A stretch of 64,000 nt of DNA, from the NCBI GenBank assembly GCA_001179505.1, contig CDMY01000274.1:76558-140557 (forward strand). The letters are read 5' to 3'. Below, piece after piece: positions 50,001 through 62,400 of this stretch; position 1 is the first letter of the stretch, and the number at the start of each line of letters is the position of its first letter. A model generated the notes under the pieces. It did not search any database. It was not told where the DNA came from and was given only the letters and a program-made list of their open reading frames with translations. Position numbers and translations under genes: made by a program. The stretch is from Vitrella brassicaformis CCMP3155. Lineage: Eukaryota; Protista; Chromerida.

Positions 50001-51307
50001 ACAGCAAAGAGAGAAATAGCCCGCAAACACACATCTACGTGTGTGTTGGTTTTGGCCTACGTACGTTGTTTCTTGACACACCTAGCTTCTGTAGGCTGTC
50101 CATCTTGGTACCCAGCCCGTCCGGCAGCGAGCCAATGAAGTTGTTTTCATATAGATCCAGCCTGCGCAGCTGGCTTAGTTGCACCAGTGACTGAGGAAGC
50201 TCCCCACTCAGCGAATTACCCCGCAGGTTCAGCACCTGCAAGCGAGAGAGGTCGCCGAGATCGTCAGGCAGAGAGCCAAGGAGGCCGATGGAATGGAGAT
50301 CTAGTCGGGTCAGGTTACGGCAAGACGTCACACCAGCCGGAAAGGGCCCCTCCATCCGCTTGTTTCCCCATATGTTAAGGACCCGCAGGCGCCGAAGTCT
50401 GCCGATGTCTTCGGGAATGGGTCCAGAGAGGTCTGTCCTCGTAAGCTCAAGAGCCTCGAGGCGCGAGAGGTTGGTGATGGATGGCGGGATGGGGCCGGTT
50501 GTTTTTGAATTCATGCTCCACAGGTACAGGCTCTTTAAATACGGCAGCTCGCCAATTGTAGCTGGAAGGGGCCCATTCATACCGTGCTGACATAATAAAC
50601 AGCATTGCAACAAGACTGTGCGTAAGTCAATGTGCGCATCAGTATATGTGGCTCACCACTTCAAACAGCACGATAGCGCGAAGAGACGTCACTCTGGCGA
50701 TGTCATCAGCCAAGCTTCCCTGCATAGGCAGATGATAGGCGTAGAAGCAGACCACGTGACGCAGCCGATAGAAAGCCTCCGAGAAGACGAAAGGCGCACC
50801 CCCCCGCTGTACCAATATCCCCGGTACATCCGATACCTCCATCTCCTCAGGCGACCCTGTCAGAAAGATGATATAGCCCTCCCGCGGGCCGCCATCCGCC
50901 AGCGCCTCACTCAGCCGCACACACGTGATGAAGGACACGACGCATAGGTTGTACTCAAAGGCAGACTTGGTGTCGTTGTCCGCCAATCCCGCCCCGTGAG
51001 ACCACTCGAACAAAGCCGCTGCATCCTCCTGACATGAATCGCACCGCACGAGCTCCTCCATTTCGGTATAGGGAAGGATGTTGTCGCCTCGCAGCACACT
51101 GCCATCTGAGCGCTCTACGTCAGCCGGGCGGAAGAGCCGGGAGAGTTGCAGGAGCCTCAGCCGTTTTGGGTCACGCCAGCCCGGAGGGAGGGGATCCGAC
51201 TCATTGGCGGGCTAGAGGATCCGCCGGAAGGGCGAGCAGGCCACGAGCGACCATGAGATGGCAAGAAGGACAGCGCACAGAGGAATCAACCATCGATACC
51301 GTCTCAT
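44018..51307 (-). CDS. LRR + Cys-rich + multipass CRMP/TRP-like receptor with two in-frame TAG codons (pseudogene, error or readthrough)
   Basis: Signal peptide MRRYRWLIPLCAVLLAISWSLVA; plant-type LRRs (LSGPIPEDIGRLRRLRVLNIWGN); CTKCPPDTYSNRE; CSEGHEGFVCSRCKAG; GFLYAGYRKNFYYWDAIFAMRR; VWPF..LNRSE. TAGs at 51212-51214 and 45283-45285. The splice phases I checked are consistent; the last few 3' exons are less certain. Confidence 0.85.
49314..49824 (-). repeat. Tandemly duplicated 141-bp LRR exons with a shared intron motif
   Basis: Exons 49532-49672 (LSGALPDTLSGWKSIEYLNLRNNKFIGTLDPLSNLTSLRQLWIGENS) and 49314-49454 (LSGELPPSLSGLKSIESLDIGSNKFAGTLEPLSDLTSLRRLWVGNNS); cacgggaaggcaca at 49468, 49689 and 49811. 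Confidence 0.9.
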
Positions 51308-51988
51308 CCCCTCGCATCAATAGATGCCTTCGATGGGGTGCGATGAGGCAGTGCACTTGTGAGCCTCTCTGCTGTAGATCTACTGTGCCAATTCTTCTAC
51401 CCCCTCGCTCTTCTAAGCTCGCATTCGCGGAGCAATCGTCCCAGCAATCTTCCCGTTCCAAGTGCGTTTTGAGGCTGCTCTGCGTGTGCGTGGCTACGGC
51501 AGACATATTTGGTATGTCTGCACTGCTGAATGCGCGTTGACATACGTGCAGAGCGTAACGGACGGACGGTGCGAAAGCTATTGTCGAAAGATTTTTCAAT
51601 GTTGAGCTGGCGAGTCCATTCACTGCCGCGAGGCAAACGATTTGGTCGCATCCATCCATCCATCTGTTTCGGTCCCCTCTGGCCTCAACTGTCCATCCCA
51701 TTGGTCGTAGAACAAACGGGAAGAGCGGATGAGGGCAAAGGTGACGAAAGCAGACACACGCAGCCATGCAAACAAGGAACCACGAGACGCATGCGCCACG
51801 GGTGAGGGAAACCACCCGCCGATATGAAAAAGCGCAACAAAGCCGCCTGTCTACACATTCACGATGGCCTTATGGACGCTACAACTTCTGCAGCGATGCT
51901 CTGTCTGTCGGCACGCCGCACCACACACACGGCCAACTAATCAATCAGTCACTCAGTCAGTCAGTCAGTGAGTCAGTGAGTCCATCAG

Positions 51989-53546
51989 TCAGTTCCTGTT
52001 GTTATCTCTGTCCCTCCTGGCGTCTCCTCGATCTCGATCTCGATCACGGCCATTAGCCTGGTGGTGCTGCTGGTGCTGGTGCTGCATCCTCTTCCGCAAA
52101 GGCGACGGGGACTTGGACGACACACTGAGCGGTCAAACAATGCATCAAGGACACGTGTGCGCGCTGCGGTTGAGCTGACTGACCTTCTCGATGAGCTGCT
52201 GCTGCTTCGCACGCTGACAGCAACGCACAGAGAGGGAAACAAACAGACGAGCAAAAGATAGTGAGCTTCGCTGGGCTCCCACCCTCGCTCCCTCTCTCAC
52301 CTCCTGGATCGCGACCTGCCTCCTCGCGCCAGCCCCTTGCCGCCTCGGCCGCCGGCGCCAGGGGACCTGCACAGCAGCCCGACAACCACCGTGAATGCAT
52401 CTTAAGTGCTCCTGTCTCGCTGTCCGTCTCTCTCTATTTGTATGTCTGTGTCTGCTGACGCTCTTGCAGGCGGCCGACGGTCGCGGGATCGGCTGCGCAC
52501 GCCACTGCACAAAGCACATAAGACAAAGAAGAACGCGCTGTAGGTCATCAGTCGGCTGTGTGTGTCTTGCCGCCTTGTTTGGCTGTCTTACTTGCGCTTC
52601 ACTGGAGGGGACTCCTCCCTGCAGACAGACACCACACACACCACACACACACATGGTGAGTGACACAACCACGTGTCCATCTATCTATCCACCCCTCGGC
52701 AAGCTCACCGTCGCCTCGGCGCAAGAGGTGCCTCGTCCTTCTCCCTCTCCCTCTTCTGTCCCCTGTCCCTGTCCCTCTCCACCCGCTGCCCATCCCCCGG
52801 CCGCACATCGCGCCTCGACATGTCACGCCCGTTGCGGTCATCTCGGCTGTCCCGCACCTCACGCCTCACCTCCCGGTTGTCGCGGTTATCTCGGTTGTCA
52901 CGAGGCGTGTCACGGTCACGATTGGCGTCGCGGCGGTCATCCCGGTCTTGCCGGAACCTGTTGGAGTCCCGTCGCTCGAACCACAGAGGGCCTGCCGTCC
53001 GGCGTGGCCCTCCTTTGCCGGCGCCATTGATGTGTCGTGGCGGCCTGGAGGCCTCCGGGTGCTCCTGCTGGCGGGGCGGTGGGGGCCGCTCCTTCTCGCG
53101 GGCCTTCTCATCGGGCAGCAGGATGAAGTCGATGGACACGCGGCTGCCGTCGATCTGAGCCTGGGTCGACAGACGGGCAGACAGACAGACAGATGCATGT
53201 AGCTCTCCCTGTGTGTGGGTGTGACTCACCCCGTCCAGGTGCAGGTGTGCGACGTCGGCGGCCTCACGGCTCTCATACTCGATGTAGGCATGGCCACTAT
53301 GCGTATCGTTCTGCAGCATGTCACACACACACAGGATGTATCTCACCGGCAGCTGCTTTCCCTCGTTATCCTTGTGGTCACCTGTTTGTCGCACGGCAGT
53401 GCCACATGTCTGATGTGTCCGAACTCGCCGAAGATCTCCCGCAGGTGCTCCTCCGTCACGTTGCGCGTCACATGGTCCACCTTGACCACATTCGTCGGAT
53501 CTCCCGCATAACGATGCGGAGCCTCGGGCTGCCAGCGATCCTCCAT
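51989..53546 (-). CDS. RNPS1: RNPS1/SR45-like RRM + RS-rich splicing/EJC factor
   Basis: VVKVDHVTRNVTEEHLREIFGEFGHI; GHAYIEYESREAADVAHLHLDG|AQIDG; long R/D/S-rich tail. Confidence 0.85.
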
Positions 53547-53655
53547 CTTTGCTGTGCTGTCACAATGGCAAACTCGAGCCTTCTCCGAGGCGAGCTGTGG
53601 CCGAACCCTTTTACCCAAACCCTGCAATCGTTAATCTCTTTCTCAGCGCCGCGCC

Positions 53656-55616
53656 ATGTCGCCAGTCGTGGACCGTCGGCGTGCGCTGCATTGGGTGTTC
53701 AAGGTTGGAGATCTGGCCAAGACGCTCGAGTTCCTCTCCTCGGTGCTTGGCATGCGGGTGCTGCGGCATGAGGAGTTCGAAGAGGTCAGCCGTAGCCACA
53801 CACATGATGCACGCGACAGGTGGACTCACTCGAGGTATGGTACTGTGGGTGTGTGTGGACAGGGATGTGAGGCAACCTGCAATGGGCCGTATGCTGGAGC
53901 ATGGTCAAAGACCATGGTGAGAGAGAGATATCATTGCATGCGTGTGCAGAGGTATGAGTGGCCGCCATCTTTTTATGCTGATGTGATGACAGGTTGGGTA
54001 TGGCTCAGAGAAGCAGTACTTCTGCTTCGAGATCACCGCCAACTACGGCGTCACACAGTGGGCAACCAAACACACAGATGAGAACTCGAGAACTCGCAAT
54101 CACCCATTTGTCTGTGTGTCTGTGTGTTCGTCTGTGTGTGTTCGTCAGCTACGACAAGGGCAACGACATGCGCTACATCGGCCTTCGCTGTGTCAAGGAT
54201 GCTCCCACTCCCTGGGTGCCCTTCCAGTGGGTAATGCCCACCCACACAATATCATTGACTCACTCATCCATGAGGCAGGCAACCATTGGGCTGCACTGTG
54301 TTGCGTTGCGTTGTGTGTCACAGAGCAAGATGTCTGCTGAGGCGCAGCGGCTGGGCTATGCCGTCAACGAGGCCGACGGAACCATCACCGGCCCCGACAA
54401 CTACTGCTACAAGCTCGTGCCCATGGACCCCCAACACAAGAGGGCACAGAGGGGTAAACAGATGGACGGCAGACACTCGATGAATGAATGACCTGCGTGT
54501 GTGTGTCTGTGTGCGTGTGTCTTCCAGGAAGTGATCCCGTGTTGATGGTGTCGCTGAATGTGAGTGACCTGGCCAAGTCGACGGCCTACTGGCGGGACCT
54601 CCTGCAGATGGAACAAGTCGACAACCAACAACTGCCCGGTTCAGTCAGTCACCTCACCGCCTTTGATGCCTTCGTGTGCGCATTAATGGCGCATGTCTGT
54701 GGCTGTGTGGCTGTGGCTGTGGCTGCGGCTGTGTGTGCAGGCAGCACTTCGGGCAGCGTGTGTCTGCGTTTCCCGAACGACCACATCTGTCTGGAGCTGG
54801 TGCAGCTGCCGCAGGGGCGGGAGGTCAGCAGCCGGCAGACACACACATGAATATGCACACCACTGAATAAGCGCCTTTATTGGTTTGCTGTCTGAATAGG
54901 TTGAGCACAAGGAGGCCTTTGGCCGCATTGCCTTCACCACATCAGGTATGTGTGTGCTGAGCTGATGTGATGTGATGTGGCCCTGGCCTCCTCACATCAC
55001 ACGCTCCCATTTCTGTCTGTCTGTCTGTCTGTCTCTGTGTGGTGGTCGATATCTCTATCTCTTTGTGTGTGTGTCGGTCATGCCATGCAGTCGGCCCCCA
55101 GCCCATTTTCGAGCGCGTCAAGGCCGCCGGGCACACCATCAAGGTCGGCAAGTGACTCGAGTGACTTGATCGATCACGACCAGCCACAGCTGGCTGCAGG
55201 CTGAAACACACACACATGTGTGTGTTTCTGTGTTCTCTTCAGAACGAGCCGATCACTCTCAAAACGCCCGGCAAGGCCGACGTCGTCGTCACCATACTAG
55301 AGGTCGACACACTTACAAAGACCTCACACCACACCTACTCACACCAACCGGGGCATTCGATCATGTCTGTGTCTGTCTGTGTCTGTCTGTCTGTCTGTGG
55401 TGGTGGTGTGCTGTCACCTGTGTGGCATCGCAGGACCCCGATGGCTACGAGATCTGTTTCGTCAACGAGGAGGGCTTCTACGACCTGTGCGAGGCCGTGC
55501 CGGGCGACGACTACGTCAACTATGCCGAACGAGCCAAGCGTGTGGATCAGATGGACAAGTTCAACCAGCGGATGCAGCGCATAGAGGAGAAGAAGCGGCA
55601 GGAAAACGGACAGTGA
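53656..55616 (+). CDS. GLOD4: Glyoxalase domain-containing protein 4
   Basis: [26 protein letters not shown]|[18 protein letters not shown]|[15 protein letters not shown]; VSLNVSDL; FGRIAF; LKTPGKADV; [10 protein letters not shown]. Confidence 0.93.
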
Positions 55617-56220
55617 ACAAGGGAGAGCCGCGTGGGTGTGTGTGGTGTTGTTTAGTCGGTGGGAGTGTTCGCTCGTGTAATGTCGTTTTTCCGTGTGTGT
55701 GTGAGTGAGTGATGAGGTCTTGAGGTGCGCTGTGTGGATCTGTGTGTGTGTGGTTGGGTGGTGCATTAGTTTTCCTGATTGCCGAAGGCAGCCAGGCCGC
55801 CCTCCTTGATCAATGTGGGTGTGCTGTGCGTGTGGACTATGACTGTGTGGCGGTAGCGAACATTCATGGCCTTCCGACAGATCCACACAGACGGACATGG
55901 ACGTGTCTCTCATGCACCACATCCGCTCCATGCGTCCGCTTGACAGCCATCCATCCATCCGTCCATCCATCCGTCCGCTTGACAGAAGGCATGATTGACT
56001 CACAAATTGCGCAGTCTACATGGAAGCAACATTGCCTCTAGAGGTGCTTCCAGGCAATGCTGTTCTTCCCGTCTGTCCTAAGTCATAAGCCATGACTCAC
56101 TTGAACCCGCACAATGCATAGCGAGGTAAAACCGGCCGGCCACGTCACCGACGCACGCACGTATATCAGAAAAAGCGACAGGGAAGGAGCATACATCCGC
56201 AGGCAACACACGGTCACACA

Positions 56221-56255
<35 letters not shown>

Positions 56256-56415
56256 CGCCAGCCAAAGCCAGTAGGTGCGAATAAAGAGTGGTGGGCAGGC
56301 CAGGCAGACCTCAGCAAGCGAGCCACCTGCAGGTGGGCGGACGCGCACAGAGCAGCCGAGGAGACGAATGAGCTCGGTCACTCACTCAGTCATTCATTCG
56401 ACCGCTCGGTGTGCG

Positions 56416-57525
56416 TCAGCTCCCCCAGGCAGATTCCTTGCCAGATGAGATGCACCAACACATGTTTGGCGTCGTCCGCCAACGGCCAGTATGTGTATGT
56501 ATGTATGTATGTATGCGTATGTATGTATGTACAGATTTGCACGTACGTACGTACAGGAAACCAAAAACGGATATATATATGGTGTCAAAAAAGGACGGAC
56601 GCATCCATCCATCCATCCATCCATTCATCCGATCATTCACCCACCCGGCCACCCGCCCACACAGCCGCTACTCTCCCCTCTGTGGCTGACTCGCTCGTGT
56701 ATACCCACTGCCCTCTCACTCACTCACTCCCTGACTCACTCCCACCACGCTGACGAGAAGCTGCAGAAAGTTCATCGCCTGCTCTCACAGCCTCAGACTC
56801 GCTATACTCGTTTCCTTCATTTCTACCCCTCCCTCTGTTTTGTCACTCCACACCATCTTGTCCCCCCTGGCCGGCAGTCTGTATGTCTGCCACAGCTGAC
56901 GCACCACCTCCGTCTTGCTTGGAACAGCGGGAAGGACACCCGTGGCCCTCGCGCGGTCGATGACCTCAACGAGGGCATTCCGGTAGGCGAGTGCCTCCCA
57001 AAAGGTGCGCAAGATGCACGCGACACTCGCACCTCCTTTTGTCCCGATGGGAAACAGCTGCACTCAACACAGGCAACCCAACCATAGGGACAGTCATCCA
57101 GTCACTTATCCTTTTCTCCTCTTCGTGCCTCACCGTGGCGGGTTTGGTCCTTCCCCTCGTTCCTTGTTTTTTCACCGATGCGGACACACGAAATGCCGGG
57201 GCCGCTCCACTCCTGTGCGGTAACGACAGACCAAGCTTCTTGCTTCCTCCGACTTCAACCAACTGCTTGATCATGCCCTTCGCTATCTCCTCGACAGTCT
57301 CGTGAGAGTGAATCGCATCTGTGACCCACTCTGCCTTCACGCAAATGGGCGTCGTCAGAAGAATCTCAGGAAGCCGAGCCACCGGCGGCTCGTACGGGGG
57401 GGTTGTTGCTGATGCGGAGGTCTGTGCAACCAGCCATTGAAAGCGCAAGAGATGGGAGAGGTCACGCACAGATGAGCTCGTGGGTGTACCTCATCTGTGT
57501 TGACCTCGTGCTTGTCCTCGGCCAT
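56416..57525 (-). CDS. Hypothetical multi-exon protein (3' end uncertain)
   Basis: Plausible exons MAEDKHEVNTDE|TSASATTPPYEPPVARLPEILL..KKLG and LFPIGTKGGASVACILRTFWEALAYRNAL..; no family recognised. Confidence 0.4.
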
Positions 57526-57988
57526 CGTGCTGTGTCCTAGCTGACAACGAAGATCTGCATGACACACAAACAGACGGGCAGACAGAGGAAGGATGAAGAG
57601 GATCTCAGAGGCAATGTTTTCGTACAAGAATCAGGGCCGCAAAGCAGAGACAGCGTTGGGGAAGGAAGTAAGCCGGACGTAGCGAGGGGTGAGAGAGCCT
57701 GTCTGTGAAAGGAGCAGCGGTTTCTGGGAGCACCCTAGGCTACATCACAAGGCTCAAATTTTGAGCTCGCGCATCTCCTCTTTTTCTCGTTTTCGAGCGC
57801 TCCATGCTCCTCGCGGAGGCCACCATGGCCTCCGCCGCGTCAGGGCGCTCCCTTTATTCGCCGTGAGGTGCCACGGGAAATCTGCGAGCTCAAAAAGGAA
57901 GAGAGATCCGCAGATAGATCCCTTAAGAACAGTCCTCATTCGTCCAGGGACCATTCATCGTGACCTTCATCCACTCAGCCACACCAAG

Positions 57989-60900
57989 ATGCAGAGGCGA
58001 TGCACACCGCGCGCACCAGGTAACAACGATGCAGACCAACATGCCTGCACTCACAGATCCTCGATCTGCCCTTCTGTCCATTGTTGTGCTGTCTGTGCAG
58101 CCGCCGTCGGGTGCTCCTCTCTCCCTGCACCCCTCACGCCCCGCATCCCTCACCGCCCCATCGCCACTGCCACCGAGTCGCTCTCACGAGTGCGGTGCCC
58201 TCCCCCATGGAAGATCAGCGAGATGGGCTGCAGACAGCTCACCGAGACGGCCTACATGGTGGCCCAGAGGCGGGCGCAGGAGATCCAGCGGTCGGCTGAT
58301 GGAGAGAGGGAGGCGGCAACGGGAACGGCCGGGCCTGGAGGCGGGGAGGGCCTCGCGGGGTCGATGACGGGCGATGTGGAGGTGTGGCGGACCATCTGCA
58401 AGAGAGCCATTGCACTGGCCGCACAGTTCAGCGGTGAGAGAGCCGGTCGGAGGAGCTCATGCCTTGTGTGATTGAACCTCTGGCTCGTTCGTTTCCCCTC
58501 GGTCAGGTGCTGAGATGGTGTTGCTGCTGCACGCCTTCGTCATGGCCCGTGTGCGGCCGCTGGGAGTGCTCCGCCGGTTCGCGTCGGAGATCCCCCTCAA
58601 GCTGCCCCACTTCAACGCGTCGACACTGGCCGCCACACTGTACGTCTACGGCAAGTTTCGATACAGGATGCGGGAGGCCAGGTGGACGCGGGATGGCGAG
58701 GCCACCAGTGGCGGCGTGAGGAGTGACGACCAGCGGGAGAGCAACACCTTGTTTGAGACCGCCAGCCGGCACATCAGGCAGCACGTCGAGGGTGGGGAGG
58801 AGGTCGGCAGCGAGTTCGGGCAGCTGACGCCGTCCATCGTCGCGACGCTTCTCTACAGCTTCGGGCGTGTGCACTACCAGTACAGGAAACATGAGGAGGA
58901 GGAGGAGGAGGAGGAGGAGGAGGAGGACAAGGAGGAGGAGGATGACGACGACAACGGCGGCAAGCAGCAGAGGGTCCGTGTCCGCGACGGCGACAGGCTG
59001 ATCGACCTCCTGGTCAGCCATCTGACCAGCCATTCGGCGTCTTACCCCATCGATGACCTTGCCACCGCCGCGTACGCCCTCAGTGCCGTGTACTACCCGG
59101 CCACTGCTGGTGGTGCTGGTGGCGGTGGTGGTGATGATGATGCGTCGATTTATGCGGTGATATCTGACGCTGCTGTGGAGCGGATGGGGCAGATGAGGGA
59201 GGGGGATGCCGATGGGTACGGCCGTGTGCGGGCGGCAGTCAGGTGTGAGGCCTTGTGTGACATACTGGCCGCCAACGCCCAAATGGGGGTGAGTGAGTCG
59301 AACTGACCGGACCGGCGGATGCTCACACGTTAATTTACTTGTATGTGCTGGGATGGTTGGGTTATCAGGTGGTTCATCATGACATCCTTCGTGTCTTCTC
59401 GAAGCTCTATGGCGACTCGTCGGCATCCGCAGCTTCCGTCGCCACCCCCACTGATGCGCTAAGTGGCCTCAAGGCGCCCGACTTCGTCAAGCTCCTCCAC
59501 GCCTTCGGCACCGCAAAGGCAAGATACACACCGACACACTCATGAATGAGTAGATGCATTCATCGACTGGGTATCCTCGTGTGTTGATTGATCCTTCACC
59601 GTCAGGTGCCGTCTCATGGCATCCTGGGTCGTGTGCTGCATGCCCTGCTGCCATCGCTGGGCGAGCTGAGCTGTCTCAACTTGACCAAAGTGCTGGAGGG
59701 ATGCGCCGGCGCAGCGCTCTACAACGAGATATTCCTCACTGAGGTGTGAAGACGGGAGAGGCATCTCTTGGTATGTTGATTTGCATGTCTGTGTGTGTGC
59801 AGGTGTCTGTCGCGATCCGTGATCGTCTGGTGGTGTTCAAGCTCCACGAGATCCTCCGCTGCATATCGGCATGCGCCGCACTGCAATACAAAGGCGATGG
59901 CATCCTCGAAGGTGCGCATACGTTCACAACCTTAGACGGACAAACAGACGGGCAGCCCCCNNNNNNNNNNNNNNNNNNNNNNNNNNNNNNNNNNNNNNNN
60001 NNNNNNNNNNNNNNNNNNNNNNNNNNNNNNNNNNNNNNNNNNNNNNNNNNNNNNNNNNNNNNNNNNNNNNNNNNNNNNNNNNNNNNNNNNNNNNNNNNNN
60101 NNNNNNNNNNNNNNNNNNNNNNNNNNNNNNNNNNNNNNNNNNNNNNNNNNNNNNNNNNNNNNNNNNNNNNNNNNNNNNNNNNNNNNNNNNNNNNNNNNNN
60201 NNNNNNNNNNNNNNNNNNNNNNNNNNNNNNNNNNNNNNNNNNNNNNNNNNNNNNNNNNNNCCCCCCCTCTCTCTCGTGTGTGTGGTCGCCACTCAGGCTT
60301 CTGCCGTCAGCTGGAGGGCCAGATGAACCGCGTGACGCCCGAGCAGGCACGGCAGATCCTCACCGACCTGGTCAGCCGCCCACACCATGAACACGTCTAC
60401 ATCTGTATCTGCCTGCCTCCTGTCTGTTGTCTGTTGTCTGTCTGCGCCTCAATCAGGGTGCGGTTCGCTACTACCATCCGGTCATCACCCAGCTGGACGG
60501 CAAGGTCATCGACGGCAAGAAGGCGCACCAACGCAAGAAGGAGGAGGAGAAGGCCCAGGCCAAGATGATGACGGCGAGAGGGCGAGAGGGAGATGGAGAG
60601 ACCCAGGATGAGGTGGTGCACTTCGGCAGCAGTGGGCCGTGGCCGGCGTCACAGCCAGCAGCAGCAGCAGCAGCAGCAGCCAAGGGGCCGCCGTCGCATC
60701 CCTATATCGATCTCCACGACGACAATGACGACAGCACAGGTGTGCGAGTGAGCCCACGACTCTCCCGCTCATACCCAGCCCTGATCTGGTGTCTGACGGT
60801 TGTGTGGTCAATGGTCAGTTTCTGACGTGCAGCCGGCCACCACTGAGTTGCGTGCGCAGCCCCTGACGCCCGACGAGGAAGAGGAGCAGCGCGTGGCACA

Positions 60901-62031
60901 GCTGCTCAAGAAGTTCACCCCCTCCCGCACCAGCCGCACCACACGGACGACACACGAATCACCACCACACTGGCCACCAGAGGAAGACGACCCATGGCAT
61001 CAGGTAGGTCTGGGTGTAGGTGGCCCCACCACACAACACACGCAAACCACCGCCCAACCCTGCTGCTCTTGCTTTAGGATGACGAACCTTCTGCGTCATC
61101 GTCGCCATCCCGCCCCTCGGCCGACCTGCCCCCCTCGTCTACTCCCGACCTGTCGTGGCTGGGCGATTCGGGGGAGAGTGACATGATGCCTCCAGCGGCA
61201 CTGGGGCGTCGCAGCGGCAGGTCAGTGCAGCTGCGCGCCAACCCTGAGGAGGAGGAGCCGTTCACACTACAGGACACCGGGTGAGCGGTGGTGGCGGGCT
61301 GGTGGATGGATGGATCTGAGACGGGAGAGAGGGAGGCAGACAGGCAGCGGGTGCCCTCCCTGGGTGTGTATGGGTGTATGTGTGTTGTGTTTGGGTGAGC
61401 AGGTTCATCAAGGACAAGTCTGGCAAGGTCAAGGAGTGGTGGGAAGACACCAAATCGCCTGGTGCGGCGTGGGTGGGGTGGAGGGAGGGGCAGCAGAGGC
61501 CACAGAAAGAAAGAAGGGAGCAAGCATCCACGTCTGTCTGTCTGTCTGTCTTGTGGTTCAGATGAGGTGCAGCGTGAGCAGCTGCGCGCACGGCGGAGCA
61601 AGCTCAAGGCCAGGCAAAGGTGAGGCCGCTGCCGGTGGGAGGGGGGGAGGGGTGGGGGGGCATGACTCGCTAGCCCACTAACGGCATCTGTGTATGCTGT
61701 GGCGCATACAGGGAGAAGAAACTGGCCGAGACGGACATGGACATGGCATACAAAGGCGAGTATATAACATGGCTGGCCTACGGATGTTCTACACGTGTTG
61801 GCTGGTTCTGCGGCCTGTGTGTCCGGCTGGTGTCTTGTCTGGTGTCTTGTCTGTCCAACTGCAGATGGGGTCCGGGCCCGTTCTCTGCGCAATGTGGGTG
61901 TGGACAAGGGCAAGGCTGAGTGGGCGCTGACCAAGAGCGCCTCATGGACGAGGCGGCAGGCCACGCGGCACAGGGACAAGACCGACCACAACGTCAGGCT
62001 CACCAAGGCCGTCAGGGGGGTCGATTTCTGA
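57989..62031 (+). CDS. Helical-repeat (HPR/OPR/FASTK-like) probable organellar RNA-binding protein; interrupted by a gap
   Basis: Presequence-like MQRRCTPRAPAAVGCSS; repeats FNASTLAATLYVYGK, LTPSIVATLLYSFGR, YPIDDLATAAYALS, LKAPDFVKLLHAFG, FKLHEILRCISACA; acidic and low-complexity inserts. No RAP domain seen. Confidence 0.65.
59961..60260. other. Assembly gap (300 N)
   Basis: Exactly 300 N, with C runs on both sides. Confidence 1.
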
Positions 62032-62400
62032 CTCACTCACTGACCCATCGGCTCTCAGGCAGACAGACAGACGGACAGACAGGCAGACGGAGAGAGAGAC
62101 GGTGCGTAGACAGGACATGGGTCGAGTGTGTGGATTTGTGTCGTCTGAGTCGGAGCATTCATGAGGTCCAATACAATATTGCGTCTCCACAAACACACAC
62201 ATTCGTCTCCCACTCACACGCCCGGCTGGATCAACGAATCACACACACACACAGACACACACTGTCAGCTTCACAAAGACGCACTCCCACCGCCGATTTC
62301 GTCACTGACATATTGGCGGATGTGGAGCCATCACATATACAGGCGAACAGCACATAGACAGTCAGTCAGACTGACCGACGTACCCTTGACAAATCACACC

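Noticed and set aside
55930-55986. Short direct repeat cgtccgcttgacag flanking (CCAT)n
   Set aside because: Probably slippage in a 3' UTR microsatellite; no further copies noticed.
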